From IMG/VR virus record IMGVR_UViG_2778261465_000005, positions 1 to 14,613 of that record: DNA of 14,613 nucleotides; one strand, written 5' to 3'. This document shows positions 1 through 7,632 of the stretch, one piece after another. Every line of letters begins with the position of its first letter. The stretch's first letter is position 1. A program made the position numbers and the translations under genes. The DNA is from a virus (lineage: Duplodnaviria; Heunggongvirae; Uroviricota; Caudoviricetes). The notes beneath the pieces were generated by a model, which saw only the letters and a program-made list of their open reading frames with translations, had not been told where the DNA came from and ran no database searches.

Positions 1-252
1 TTAGTCTGCCAAGTCTTCCTCAGTCGCAACTGGGTAATTCCAAATATCAAAAAAAGCTATAGCCTCCTGCCATTTGCTCCATAAGTTATCAAGTACTTGT
101 GTAGGTTCCGTACTTTTAAAAACAGAATCAGCCGCATCACCGTTATGAACTTCCTCGTACAGTTCCATTATTAGCAGATTAACAAAGTACTGTTTCAACA
201 TTAATGCCTGATTACCTTCTTTCTGCTGGCTATCCTGCTTGATGATCTCCAT
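1..252 (-). CDS. Hypothetical acidic protein (83 aa) within the AT-rich island
   Basis: Complete ORF with stop at 1..3 on the minus strand; AT-rich like the neighbouring island; no family recognised. Confidence 0.35.
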   Translation of the reverse strand: MEIIKQDSQQKEGNQALMLKQYFVNLLIMELYEEVHNGDAADSVFKSTEPTQVLDNLWSKWQEAIAFFDIWNYPVATEEDLAD

Positions 253-1113
253 CGCCCGTACTAGGCACCTGATGATATCCGCTGCATCATTAACGCTCCA
301 TTCAGATCCGCGCTTATCTTTAGCTGATGAATTGGCTCTCTCAGCGCAAGCCTTTAAAGGCTAATAAAGGTAAAGTCTATTTTGTAGCTGTAGCGTTTTT
401 TTAAGTACTTCTTCTTGGCAAATGCCCCCTATGCTGCAACCAATGTGCCAATCGCAGAAATACCTGCCACCATTGCAACTCCAGTCTGAACCGTCAAAGC
501 CCCATATAATCATCACTCCTTATAAAATACTCTGTCAGTAATATCTAATAGGGGATTATGGTAAGCAATAAAATTTATATCCATATCAGTTTATAATCTT
601 TTCGGGCTGCTAACAGTGGATATCCAGTAGCTCTCACTCGCCACAGTGATGAATACCTGAGTATTCACTAACTTCTATCACAGAGGGCAGGGAAAACCAG
701 AAAAATGGCGCCCCAAAACATATATAATTAAAAGAGAAACATTTTCCGTCAAATGACATAGCTTCGACTAAATTCATTCTAAGCATACATAAAAACGAAG
801 CCCTCTTTTTTATGTATGCACTAATTTGAGCTAGAATTAATAAACACATATTGTTAACTGGATGCACTTAAATCTAGGACCAGCAAACAGTATTGATACA
901 ATCTCATTCACATCTACCAATTCACTTATCACAATAAGTTAAGTGAATTAACAACCCATCAAAAATACGCAAAAACATATCATCTTCAATGCATTACATT
1001 AAAAGAACCACTAAACACTTGTTTACTAAATATTTCACAAAGATAATTATAATAAACACCAACACCCCCACCAATAAAATATAAAAAAAAGGGGGGGGGT
1101 ATTGCAACAGAAA

Positions 1114-1899
1114 TTAAACTACCTGTTTCTTTTTATTGTCTGGAGATTTTTCATACTCCACTTTAGGTGCTGAGAAATTTAAATCTAGTGTTTGATTATT
1201 TGTCTTTCTATTTTTAGGTCTATTGACCAACCTCTCATCAATTAATGCAGCAGAAATATAATCATTAAATACTTTTATTTCCTGATAAATCTTATCAGCC
1301 AAAGCATCTATGCTTTTCCACATAGCGCTATTTTTAGAGGATGTATCTTTAAGCTCCCTATTAATTTCCTGATGAAATCCCCGTAACTGATTAATAAACT
1401 CCGATACTTTCCGCTCTAAAGAAGTTCTTGACTCCAAAATATAATCAATGTGCTCTTCCTTTATTTCCAAATCCCTAATTAGCTCTTTGTTTTTTTCTAA
1501 TAGTGCTTCTTCTTTAGCAACAAGTCGTAATATTTTCGTTTCATTAGCTGTCAGTTCAACTAGAGCTCTGTTAATTTCATCACGAATTAATAATTCATTG
1601 CGCTTAGAAGACGATGATTCATGTTGAATAATTTTTTCAATACAGTAATCTTTAGCTTGTTTTATTTCGCAGCATATACCCTTCCATTTATCCCTCTCTA
1701 ATCTAATTTTTCCCTGCAACTCCTTATTATTTTCTCTTTTTGTAATAAAAGATGAAAACCATAAAGAAAAGACGGCAACTGAAGGATACACCCACTGAGC
1801 AATATCGTCAGACGCTTGATAATAGTGCAATATTCTACTGGCACCAAGAGTTAATGCACCTGTCAATATGAATTGAAATGCCCCCATGAAACTTATCAT
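1114..1899 (-). CDS. Predicted membrane protein: two N-terminal hydrophobic helices plus a long charged coiled-coil-like C-terminus (261 aa); candidate effector of an accessory cassette
   Basis: N-terminus FMGAFQFILTGALTLGASRIL and VYPSVAVFSLWFSSFI are hydrophobic helix-like; the rest is rich in E/K/R/L heptad-like sequence. Lies 6 nt downstream of the 168-aa ORF on the same strand. Strongly AT-rich. Confidence 0.6.
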   Translation of the reverse strand: MISFMGAFQFILTGALTLGASRILHYYQASDDIAQWVYPSVAVFSLWFSSFITKRENNKELQGKIRLERDKWKGICCEIKQAKDYCIEKIIQHESSSSKRNELLIRDEINRALVELTANETKILRLVAKEEALLEKNKELIRDLEIKEEHIDYILESRTSLERKVSEFINQLRGFHQEINRELKDTSSKNSAMWKSIDALADKIYQEIKVFNDYISAALIDERLVNRPKNRKTNNQTLDLNFSAPKVEYEKSPDNKKKQVV

Positions 1900-1905
1900 A
1901 ATGAT

Positions 1906-2412
1906 TTAATCCCGCATTAGAAGAAAATCATGTTTAATACCTTTTGCTTTCATATGCTCACTGAAACTTACTGGAGCATTTTCTAAAAATCTCAGATTTG
2001 TATAGATCAATTGGTTTAGTAAGGGAGAGGAAAAATCTACAATTGATGGAAGGTAAAACTCAGTACTCAATGAAATATTGAGTTCATCATCTACACCTTG
2101 ACTCAACGAATGAGATTTTATACCAATGGCGTATTTATTGTGCTCATCAATTAAAGATAATATTTCTTCGTTAGAAAGCTTTTTCTCCAACTGTTCAAAA
2201 ACAAAACTTATGCTTAGTGAAATACAATAAGCATTTGGTCTTTTAAAAAGGCCATATATAATTTTTAAAGGTTCATCATCCTTATCCGATGAGAAATCGA
2301 ATCCACCAAAAGCATGATAATTATCATCATCAACAAGCTTAAACTTTTCTTCTTCAACATTTATTACACCTTCAACATTAGTTAGAAGAGTAAATAAATC
2401 GGAATTTTTCAT
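1906..2412 (-). CDS. Hypothetical soluble protein (168 aa), first gene of the accessory cassette
   Basis: ATG preceded by AAGGAG at about 8 nt spacing on the minus strand; AT-rich; no recognisable motif. Confidence 0.6.
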   Translation of the reverse strand: MKNSDLFTLLTNVEGVINVEEEKFKLVDDDNYHAFGGFDFSSDKDDEPLKIIYGLFKRPNAYCISLSISFVFEQLEKKLSNEEILSLIDEHNKYAIGIKSHSLSQGVDDELNISLSTEFYLPSIVDFSSPLLNQLIYTNLRFLENAPVSFSEHMKAKGIKHDFLLMRD

Positions 2413-2715
2413 TTAGTACTCCTTACAGTATCTACTTTAATATCATTTTACCGTTTAATATTACATCTTGCACTAAAAACAAAGTAGTCTACAGTATGCC
2501 ACCCGCAGCCTCTTTATGATTACTTATTGTCCATATTCCTGAAATTTCCCTTTGGTGCAATTGCATACCATTCCAGCCTCTTCCTCCAGTGCCACCATCC
2601 AGTATGTCACTGCATACCTACCGTTGATTATGCACATCAAGTTCTGTTCACTCTACAGCGCCACTACATTTTTCATAACACTCTTAACAGGCATATCATA
2701 TGTATGAGCAACGTC

Positions 2716-2775
2716 TTAGCAACTGAATGTACTATTTGTCACAATGTAATGAATAATTGCCTCTTTGTCCGTCAT
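2716..2775 (-). pseudogene. ren: ren remnant: only the first ~19 codons of a Ren-like ORF, ending in a premature stop
   Basis: Minus-strand ATG overlaps the P stop (ATGA) and encodes MTDKEAIIHYIVTNSTFSC*, which resembles the lambda Ren N-terminus as I recall it (MTGKEAIIHY...); the sequence then stops and AT-rich foreign DNA follows. Confidence 0.45.
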
Positions 2776-3473
2776 ACACTTGCTCCTTTCAGTCCGAACT
2801 TAGCTTTGATTTCTGCGATCTTCGCAAGAGCCTGTGCACGATTTAGAGGTCTACCGCCCATGACAGGAAGTTGTTTTACTGGTTCAGGTATAGCCTCACC
2901 ACGGTTAATTCGCGCGGTCATACAGGACAGTTCATCGGCAGCCTTGCGCCGTAATTCCGCGTCAGTCAGCATATTGGCCCGCATGTTCTGGTACAGGTTG
3001 GTAACCAGCCAGTAGTGGGCGTTTGACTGCCACGGGTAGGACTCCGCATCCGGGTATAGGCCACGTTTCCGGCAGTATTCGTAAACCATATCAACCAGCT
3101 CACTGGCGTTTGGCAGCCCGGCGGTAACGGATGCTTCTTCCCGGCACCAGGCAACAAACTGCCCGGGTGATGGCAGGAATGGTCGATTCTGCCGACGGGC
3201 TACGCGCATTCCTGCGTTAACCTGTTCCATTGTGGTGATCCCGTTTTCCCGGAAAGCCAGAACCCACTGGCGGCGGATTTCGTTCAGTTCGTTCTGGTCC
3301 CGGTTAGCCAAGCTCGCCGGGAAAGTTGCCAGTAACTGGCTGAACACACCATTGATGATCTGCGCTACCTGTTGTACCTGCGGCTTTTCGTCGTACTGTT
3401 CCGGCATGTTGTTGGCGATCCGACGCATCTGCTCACGGTCAAAGTTAACCATCTGTGCGGCGATGTTTTTCAT
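2772..3473 (-). CDS. P: Replication protein P (DnaB helicase loader), lambda P type
   Basis: 233-aa product (MKNIAAQMVNFDREQMRRIANNMPEQYDEK...AKIAEIKAKFGLKGASV) matches my recollection of lambda P almost residue for residue; start overlaps the O stop. Confidence 0.9.
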   Translation of the reverse strand: MKNIAAQMVNFDREQMRRIANNMPEQYDEKPQVQQVAQIINGVFSQLLATFPASLANRDQNELNEIRRQWVLAFRENGITTMEQVNAGMRVARRQNRPFLPSPGQFVAWCREEASVTAGLPNASELVDMVYEYCRKRGLYPDAESYPWQSNAHYWLVTNLYQNMRANMLTDAELRRKAADELSCMTARINRGEAIPEPVKQLPVMGGRPLNRAQALAKIAEIKAKFGLKGASV

Positions 3474-4489
3474 AGCTCCACCCCGTAAATCCAGTCAGTG
3501 TTCGTCAGGTCGAGTTTTGGTTTGCCGGCTGTCACGCCAGCCTGTTGCTTGTTACGGTTGATTTCGAGCTGGGTCCACTTGTCGCGTAGTTTGGCCGGAC
3601 TCAGCACGTTACCGGACCAGAAGTTGTCCTGGCAGGCCCAGCGGAACAGCACGCACATGTCGCGGTGGTTACGTCCGTCACGTTCACGCATCAGGCGGAT
3701 ATCGTTAGCCCACCCTGCAAAATTCGGTTTTCTGGCTGATGGCGCGATGGTCTTCACCATGTCAAACATCCACTCTGCGGCGGTCAGGTCTTCTGCTGTC
3801 CCCCACTTGCTGCCGCTCTGAATTGCAGCATCCGGTTTCACCACAGGAAGGTCGTTTTCTGGCTGGTCAGAGGATTCGCCAGAATTCTCGGACGAAAAAG
3901 GTTTTATATTGTCTTTTGTTAGTTTGTCTTTTGTGTTTACCTGATTCGGGTAAGCGCCTTTACCTGATTTGGGTAAATTTTTCTTACCTGATTCAGGTAA
4001 ATTTACCTCTTTCAGGTAAACTTTATTTTTCTTTCCTGATTCGGGTAATGTTGACCATTCACTGACCACATTATTGATGCCGATATTCCGCCCGCTCTGA
4101 ATAAAAATCCCACGCTTTACCAGAACACTTTTTGCAGCAGAACACTTGTGCGGCAATATCCCGGTCAATTCGGAAAGTTGCTCGTTGCTCACCCAATCCA
4201 GTTTTTTATTAAAGCCATATGTTTTGCGCATGACAGCCAGGAAGACCAGAAGCTGGTGCTGTGTTAATCCGGCCAGCATTACAGCTTCCAGCAACTCATT
4301 TGCAATGCGCGTATAACCATCATCGAGATCTGCCACGCGCGGCTCCTTTTGTGCCACATCCGGCACTGGAAAATTGAATATCTCAGCAGTGTTTGCCATA
4401 ATTCCTCCCGCAATGAGTGCGTTACGATTTGCACCTGAAAGTCGGTTCTGTTCCCGCAGACCGACTTTCGCCATTTCTGAATCTGTCAT
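3470..4489 (-). CDS. O: Replication initiator O-like protein: divergent N-terminal iteron-binding domain, lambda-like C-terminal domain
   Basis: N-terminal motifs ADLDDGYTRIANELLEA and RKTYGFNK are typical of lambdoid O proteins; the C-terminal ~90 aa (AEWMFDMVKTIAPSARKPNFAGWANDIRLMRERDGRNHRDMCVLFRWACQDNFWSG...) resembles lambda O; ori iterons lie inside the gene. Confidence 0.85.
   Translation of the reverse strand: MTDSEMAKVGLREQNRLSGANRNALIAGGIMANTAEIFNFPVPDVAQKEPRVADLDDGYTRIANELLEAVMLAGLTQHQLLVFLAVMRKTYGFNKKLDWVSNEQLSELTGILPHKCSAAKSVLVKRGIFIQSGRNIGINNVVSEWSTLPESGKKNKVYLKEVNLPESGKKNLPKSGKGAYPNQVNTKDKLTKDNIKPFSSENSGESSDQPENDLPVVKPDAAIQSGSKWGTAEDLTAAEWMFDMVKTIAPSARKPNFAGWANDIRLMRERDGRNHRDMCVLFRWACQDNFWSGNVLSPAKLRDKWTQLEINRNKQQAGVTAGKPKLDLTNTDWIYGVEL
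3937..4047. repeat. Replication origin iterons: five ~17-bp palindromic repeats (TTACCTGAtTCAGGTAA-like) next to an AT-rich tract (3900..3935), inside the O gene
   Basis: Repeats at 3937-3953, 3960-3976, 3984-4000, 4003-4019 and a degenerate copy at 4032-4047, spaced 19-29 bp; this matches the lambda ori architecture (iterons then AT-rich region within O). Confidence 0.7.
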
Positions 4490-5025
4490 ATTGCCCCCAG
4501 CATGGTGGTAACCATCGCCATTAATGGACCAGCCAGATCCGGGTCCACACGAAACATCGACACAATACCTTCACTCATTTCCTTCAGTTTCTGGTGGCGT
4601 GGTGCGTTGAGAATGACCGCCTGCTTTGCCTCACTGAGTTCCTTTTCCATTTCAGCCAACCGGGCCATGAAGCTATCCTGCTCAGCCAGGTGGCTGCGAT
4701 ATTCCAGCGGTAGTACCGCCAGAATTGCCGGGGTCAGTTCATGCACGTTATTTCGGTATTTTTCAGAATCGAATTTGTTATCGAGGAAGCGGAACAGCTT
4801 CTGGCGTGCACGACTGACATCATCAGGGAAATCGATGGTGCCGCCGCCCTGCTCCCGATACTCATTCACAATGAGTGCGGCAACAACATCCTGATTATCT
4901 GCAGCCGACCAGGCGCGAACGGCATCACGGATTTTTTCGTGGCCTGCCGCCTGTTTTGTTTGAGAACGATTTATCAGCGCAGCCGGGGTAATTCCGCTAG
5001 TCTGTTGGTATGTAATTGGTTGCAT
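4486..5025 (-). CDS. YdaT-like protein (occupies the cII position of the rightward early operon)
   Basis: Position between the cro-like gene and O; motifs NEYREQGGG and LTPAILAVLPLEYRSHL resemble Rac prophage YdaT as I remember it; AGGA Shine-Dalgarno; ATGA overlap with the O start. Confidence 0.5.
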   Translation of the reverse strand: MQPITYQQTSGITPAALINRSQTKQAAGHEKIRDAVRAWSAADNQDVVAALIVNEYREQGGGTIDFPDDVSRARQKLFRFLDNKFDSEKYRNNVHELTPAILAVLPLEYRSHLAEQDSFMARLAEMEKELSEAKQAVILNAPRHQKLKEMSEGIVSMFRVDPDLAGPLMAMVTTMLGAI

Positions 5026-5106
5026 AATTAATTCCTTTAGTTTGAATTGACTGTTAATCAGTCTGTTAAGTTGATTGCTTATTGTTAAAGAGCGTGAAAT
5101 GGAAAT

Positions 5107-5337
5107 TTAAGCTGCGTTCTTTTCGGTGTGTGGAAACAACTTCGGAAGGTCCGGGCGAATCTGGTATGCCTTCACAACTCCACCAGTAGCCGTAACAATG
5201 CTGCCGACATGTTCAGGGGATACCTTTGCTTTGTTGTGAAGCCACTTATAGACGGCCTGCTGTGAAACTTCGCAGGCATCGCCCAGTTTCTTTTGTGAAC
5301 CAACGATATTGATCGCTGTTTTGATTGCTGGGTTCAT
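5107..5337 (-). CDS. Cro-like small HTH regulator (YdaS-like family)
   Basis: 76-aa ORF divergent from the repressor, strong GGAGG Shine-Dalgarno; helix-turn-helix-like segment QKKLGDACEVSQQAVYKWL. Confidence 0.6.
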   Translation of the reverse strand: MNPAIKTAINIVGSQKKLGDACEVSQQAVYKWLHNKAKVSPEHVGSIVTATGGVVKAYQIRPDLPKLFPHTEKNAA

Positions 5338-5441
5338 AACAACCTCCGTGGTTAATCTGAATCAAGATTAAAACTATGGTTGTTTTTAGTCAACAACCAT
5401 TTTCGTTTGATGTAATAAAACCCTGGTTGTACATTTGGTCT
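5338..5441. promoter_or_regulatory. OR-like divergent control region between the cro-like and cI-like genes, with a 25-bp palindrome ATGGTTGTT-N7-AACAACCAT (5376..5400)
   Basis: Perfect 9-bp inverted arms seen directly; AACAAC/GGTTGT motifs recur here and downstream of the cassette terminator; no Shine-Dalgarno ahead of the repressor ATG. Confidence 0.5.
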
Positions 5442-6131
5442 ATGAAAACAACACTCTCAGAAAGACTTAAAGAAGCCAGATTAGCGCGAGGCCTTACACA
5501 AAAGGCGCTTGGGGATTTGGTCGGGGTTAGCCAAGCTGCTATTCAGAAAATCGAAACAGGGAAAGCTAACCAAACAACTAAAATCGTGGAGATCGCGAAC
5601 GCTTTGGGTGTGCGCGCAGAATGGTTATCTTCTGGCGTTGGAAATATGTCAGACAGTACAGTGCAACCAATACAATCAACTGTCAGCCATTCCAAATACT
5701 TTAAGATTGACGTTCTTGATATAGAAGTGAGTGCCGGGCCGGGAGTCATCAACCGTGAGTTTGTAGAAGTTCTACGCTCGGTTGAGTACTCGTTTGACGA
5801 TGCTCGTCACATGTTCGATGGTAGGAAGGCAGAAAATATCCGCATCATTAACGTGCGTGGTGACAGCATGTCAGGAACGATCGAACCAGGTGATCTGCTG
5901 TTCGTTGATATCACGGTTAAATCTTTCGACGGTGATGGTATCTATGCGTTTCTGTATGACGACACAGCCCATGTAAAGCGCCTGCAAATGATGAAGGATA
6001 AGCTGCTGGTTATCTCTGATAACAAAAGCTACTCACCGTGGGACCCGATCGAGAAAGATGAGATGAACCGGGTATTTATCTTCGGGAAAGTTATTGGGAG
6101 CATGCCGCAGACGTATAGGAAGCATGGATAG
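5442..6131 (+). CDS. Prophage repressor, cI-like (N-terminal XRE-type HTH plus C-terminal S24 LexA-like autopeptidase); not lambda immunity
   Basis: MKTTLSERLKEARLARGLTQKALGDLVGVSQAAIQKIE is an HTH; the C-terminus has GDSM (catalytic Ser) and a downstream VKRL (Lys) typical of S24 peptidases. The track ORF begins at 5376, but the HTH starts at the ATG at 5442. Confidence 0.85.
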   Translation: MKTTLSERLKEARLARGLTQKALGDLVGVSQAAIQKIETGKANQTTKIVEIANALGVRAEWLSSGVGNMSDSTVQPIQSTVSHSKYFKIDVLDIEVSAGPGVINREFVEVLRSVEYSFDDARHMFDGRKAENIRIINVRGDSMSGTIEPGDLLFVDITVKSFDGDGIYAFLYDDTAHVKRLQMMKDKLLVISDNKSYSPWDPIEKDEMNRVFIFGKVIGSMPQTYRKHG

Positions 6132-6199
6132 TACCAATTAAAAATTATCAACCGGGCATTGTGCTCATTCAGTAAAACAACTTAATTATTCATTTTAGA

Positions 6200-7273
6200 A
6201 TGGAGAACTTAATGGATACTTTAAAATATGAGAAATTCTCTGATTTTGATCACAATGACCCATTTTTTGACTCTTTAAAAAAAGATTATAAAGAGTTTCC
6301 TCTTTGGTTAGAAAAAAAAGCCAGAGAAGGAGAATCAGCTTATGTGCTCTATGATGACAAGCATAAAATCGAAGGTTTTATGTATCTAAAAGAAAATGAT
6401 GATGCAAATGACATTAATCCAGCGCTCCCACCAGGACGTCATCTAAAGATAGGAACATTCAAATTTGAATCTAAAGGCACCCTTCGCGGACAACGATTTC
6501 TAAAAAAAGCGTTTGACCATGCATTTTCATCAAAATCTGATGATATTTATGTTACTGTTTTCGACAAACACGTCCATCTAATAAAACTTTTCCAAACGTA
6601 CGGATTTTACATTCATGGTGAAAAAGAAACACATAACGGGAAAGAGTTTGTATATGCGAGGTCTTTGCATGAGCCTTATGGTGATATTTTATTAGATTAC
6701 CCTCGAATAATGACATCAAGGGCCAACAAATATTTACTGGCGATTTATCCCGAATATCACACTAGACTATTCCCTGATTCAAAACTTGTAAATGAATCAC
6801 CAGATATTGTCAAAGATATATCCCATGCTAACAGCATTCATAAAATTTACATATGTGGAATGCGTTCTGTGATGGGAATGAAAAGAGGAGATATCATTGT
6901 CATCTATAGAACCGGAGACAAAAAAGGGCCAGCTCGCTATCGTTCTGTAGCCAGTACATTATGTGTAGTTGAGAGCGTAAAAAATATTTCTGAATTTTTA
7001 AGCGAAGATAGTTTTGTAGACTATTGTATTCGTTTTAGCGTATTTTCTGAAGATGAACTCAGAAAAATCTATAAAGAACGTCGATACCCTTTCATTATAA
7101 GATTCACATACAATCTGTCTTTGCCAAAGAGACCCAATCGTGCTATTTTAATAGATCATGTGGGGCTAAATGGTTCGCGTGCATTCCGATGGAGTCACTT
7201 TAAACTCACAAATGAGCAGTTCTTAAAGATCATCGAGTTAGGCAAGATAAATGAAAGTTTTATTATCCATTAA
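6200..7273 (+). CDS. Hypothetical 357-aa protein, AT-rich cargo gene; tentatively an N-terminal GNAT-like fold with an unassigned C-terminal domain (possibly PUA-like)
   Basis: Directly downstream of the repressor on the same strand with no terminator between; markedly lower GC than its flanks. An alternative start at 6212 has a better Shine-Dalgarno (GGAGA). Domain guesses are from motif impression only. Confidence 0.6.
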   Translation: MENLMDTLKYEKFSDFDHNDPFFDSLKKDYKEFPLWLEKKAREGESAYVLYDDKHKIEGFMYLKENDDANDINPALPPGRHLKIGTFKFESKGTLRGQRFLKKAFDHAFSSKSDDIYVTVFDKHVHLIKLFQTYGFYIHGEKETHNGKEFVYARSLHEPYGDILLDYPRIMTSRANKYLLAIYPEYHTRLFPDSKLVNESPDIVKDISHANSIHKIYICGMRSVMGMKRGDIIVIYRTGDKKGPARYRSVASTLCVVESVKNISEFLSEDSFVDYCIRFSVFSEDELRKIYKERRYPFIIRFTYNLSLPKRPNRAILIDHVGLNGSRAFRWSHFKLTNEQFLKIIELGKINESFIIH

Positions 7274-7628
7274 GCCTGAGTTTGCAGAAAAAATATTGAA
7301 CGGAACAAAGCGGTTCGAGTTTCGTAAAGGTATATTCAAAAATCCGCAAATTAGCACCGTTGTTATTTATGCCACGATGCCATTAGGTAAAGTTGTTGGT
7401 CAATTCCGTATTGAATCAATACTAAGTGACGAACCGGAATCTCTTTGGAAAAAGACGGAAAAACACGCAGGTATTTCTAAGCAATTTTATGACTCATATT
7501 ATTCAGGTAGAGAAAAGGCCTACGCAATAAAAATTGGTGAAGTGGAAAGATATAAAGAACCAATTCCTATCTCTGCTCTAGGGAGTAATATTAAGCCACC
7601 ACAATCATATCTTTACCTACCTGCGTAA
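7251..7628 (+). CDS. ASCH-like (PUA-superfamily) small protein, 125 aa; second gene of the cargo cassette
   Basis: N-terminus MKVLLSIKPEFAEKILNGTKRFEFRK resembles the ASCH-domain signature; start overlaps the upstream gene by 23 nt; AT-rich. Confidence 0.55.
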   Translation: MKVLLSIKPEFAEKILNGTKRFEFRKGIFKNPQISTVVIYATMPLGKVVGQFRIESILSDEPESLWKKTEKHAGISKQFYDSYYSGREKAYAIKIGEVERYKEPIPISALGSNIKPPQSYLYLPA

Positions 7629-7632
7629 GAAT

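Noticed and set aside
361-513. Possible minus-strand micro-ORFs (a 50-aa Cys-rich reading frame and a 14-22-aa hydrophobic peptide) in the GC-richer patch
   Set aside because: Start-signal spacing is poor and the frames conflict; it is noted under the non-coding-region finding rather than called as a gene.
634-867. 77-aa minus-strand ORF in the AT-rich non-coding stretch
   Set aside because: Composition (many Cys/Phe, low complexity) and lack of a ribosome-binding site suggest a chance ORF; it overlaps the 783..819 hairpin.
2527-3015. 162-aa plus-strand ORF
   Set aside because: Lies antisense to the well-supported P gene and the ren stub, with odd Cys/His-rich composition; almost certainly a shadow ORF.
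3232-4065. Three plus-strand ORFs (3232..3561, 3498..3821, 3739..4065)
   Set aside because: All antisense to the O and P genes, which have strong family support; the iteron region gives repetitive antisense reading frames by chance.
4502-5031. Plus-strand ORFs 4502..4894 and 4741..5031
   Set aside because: Antisense to the YdaT-like gene, which fits the early-right operon with ATGA coupling to O; no start signals.
5376-5441. N-terminal extension of the repressor ORF from the ATG at 5376
   Set aside because: The 22 extra residues precede a canonical HTH start at 5442, and the ATG at 5376 lies inside the operator-like palindrome; the start at 5442 is more plausible.
5509-5976. Small ORFs inside the repressor gene on both strands (5509..5724, 5543..5752, 5782..5976)
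   Set aside because: Fully embedded in the cI-like CDS; no independent support.
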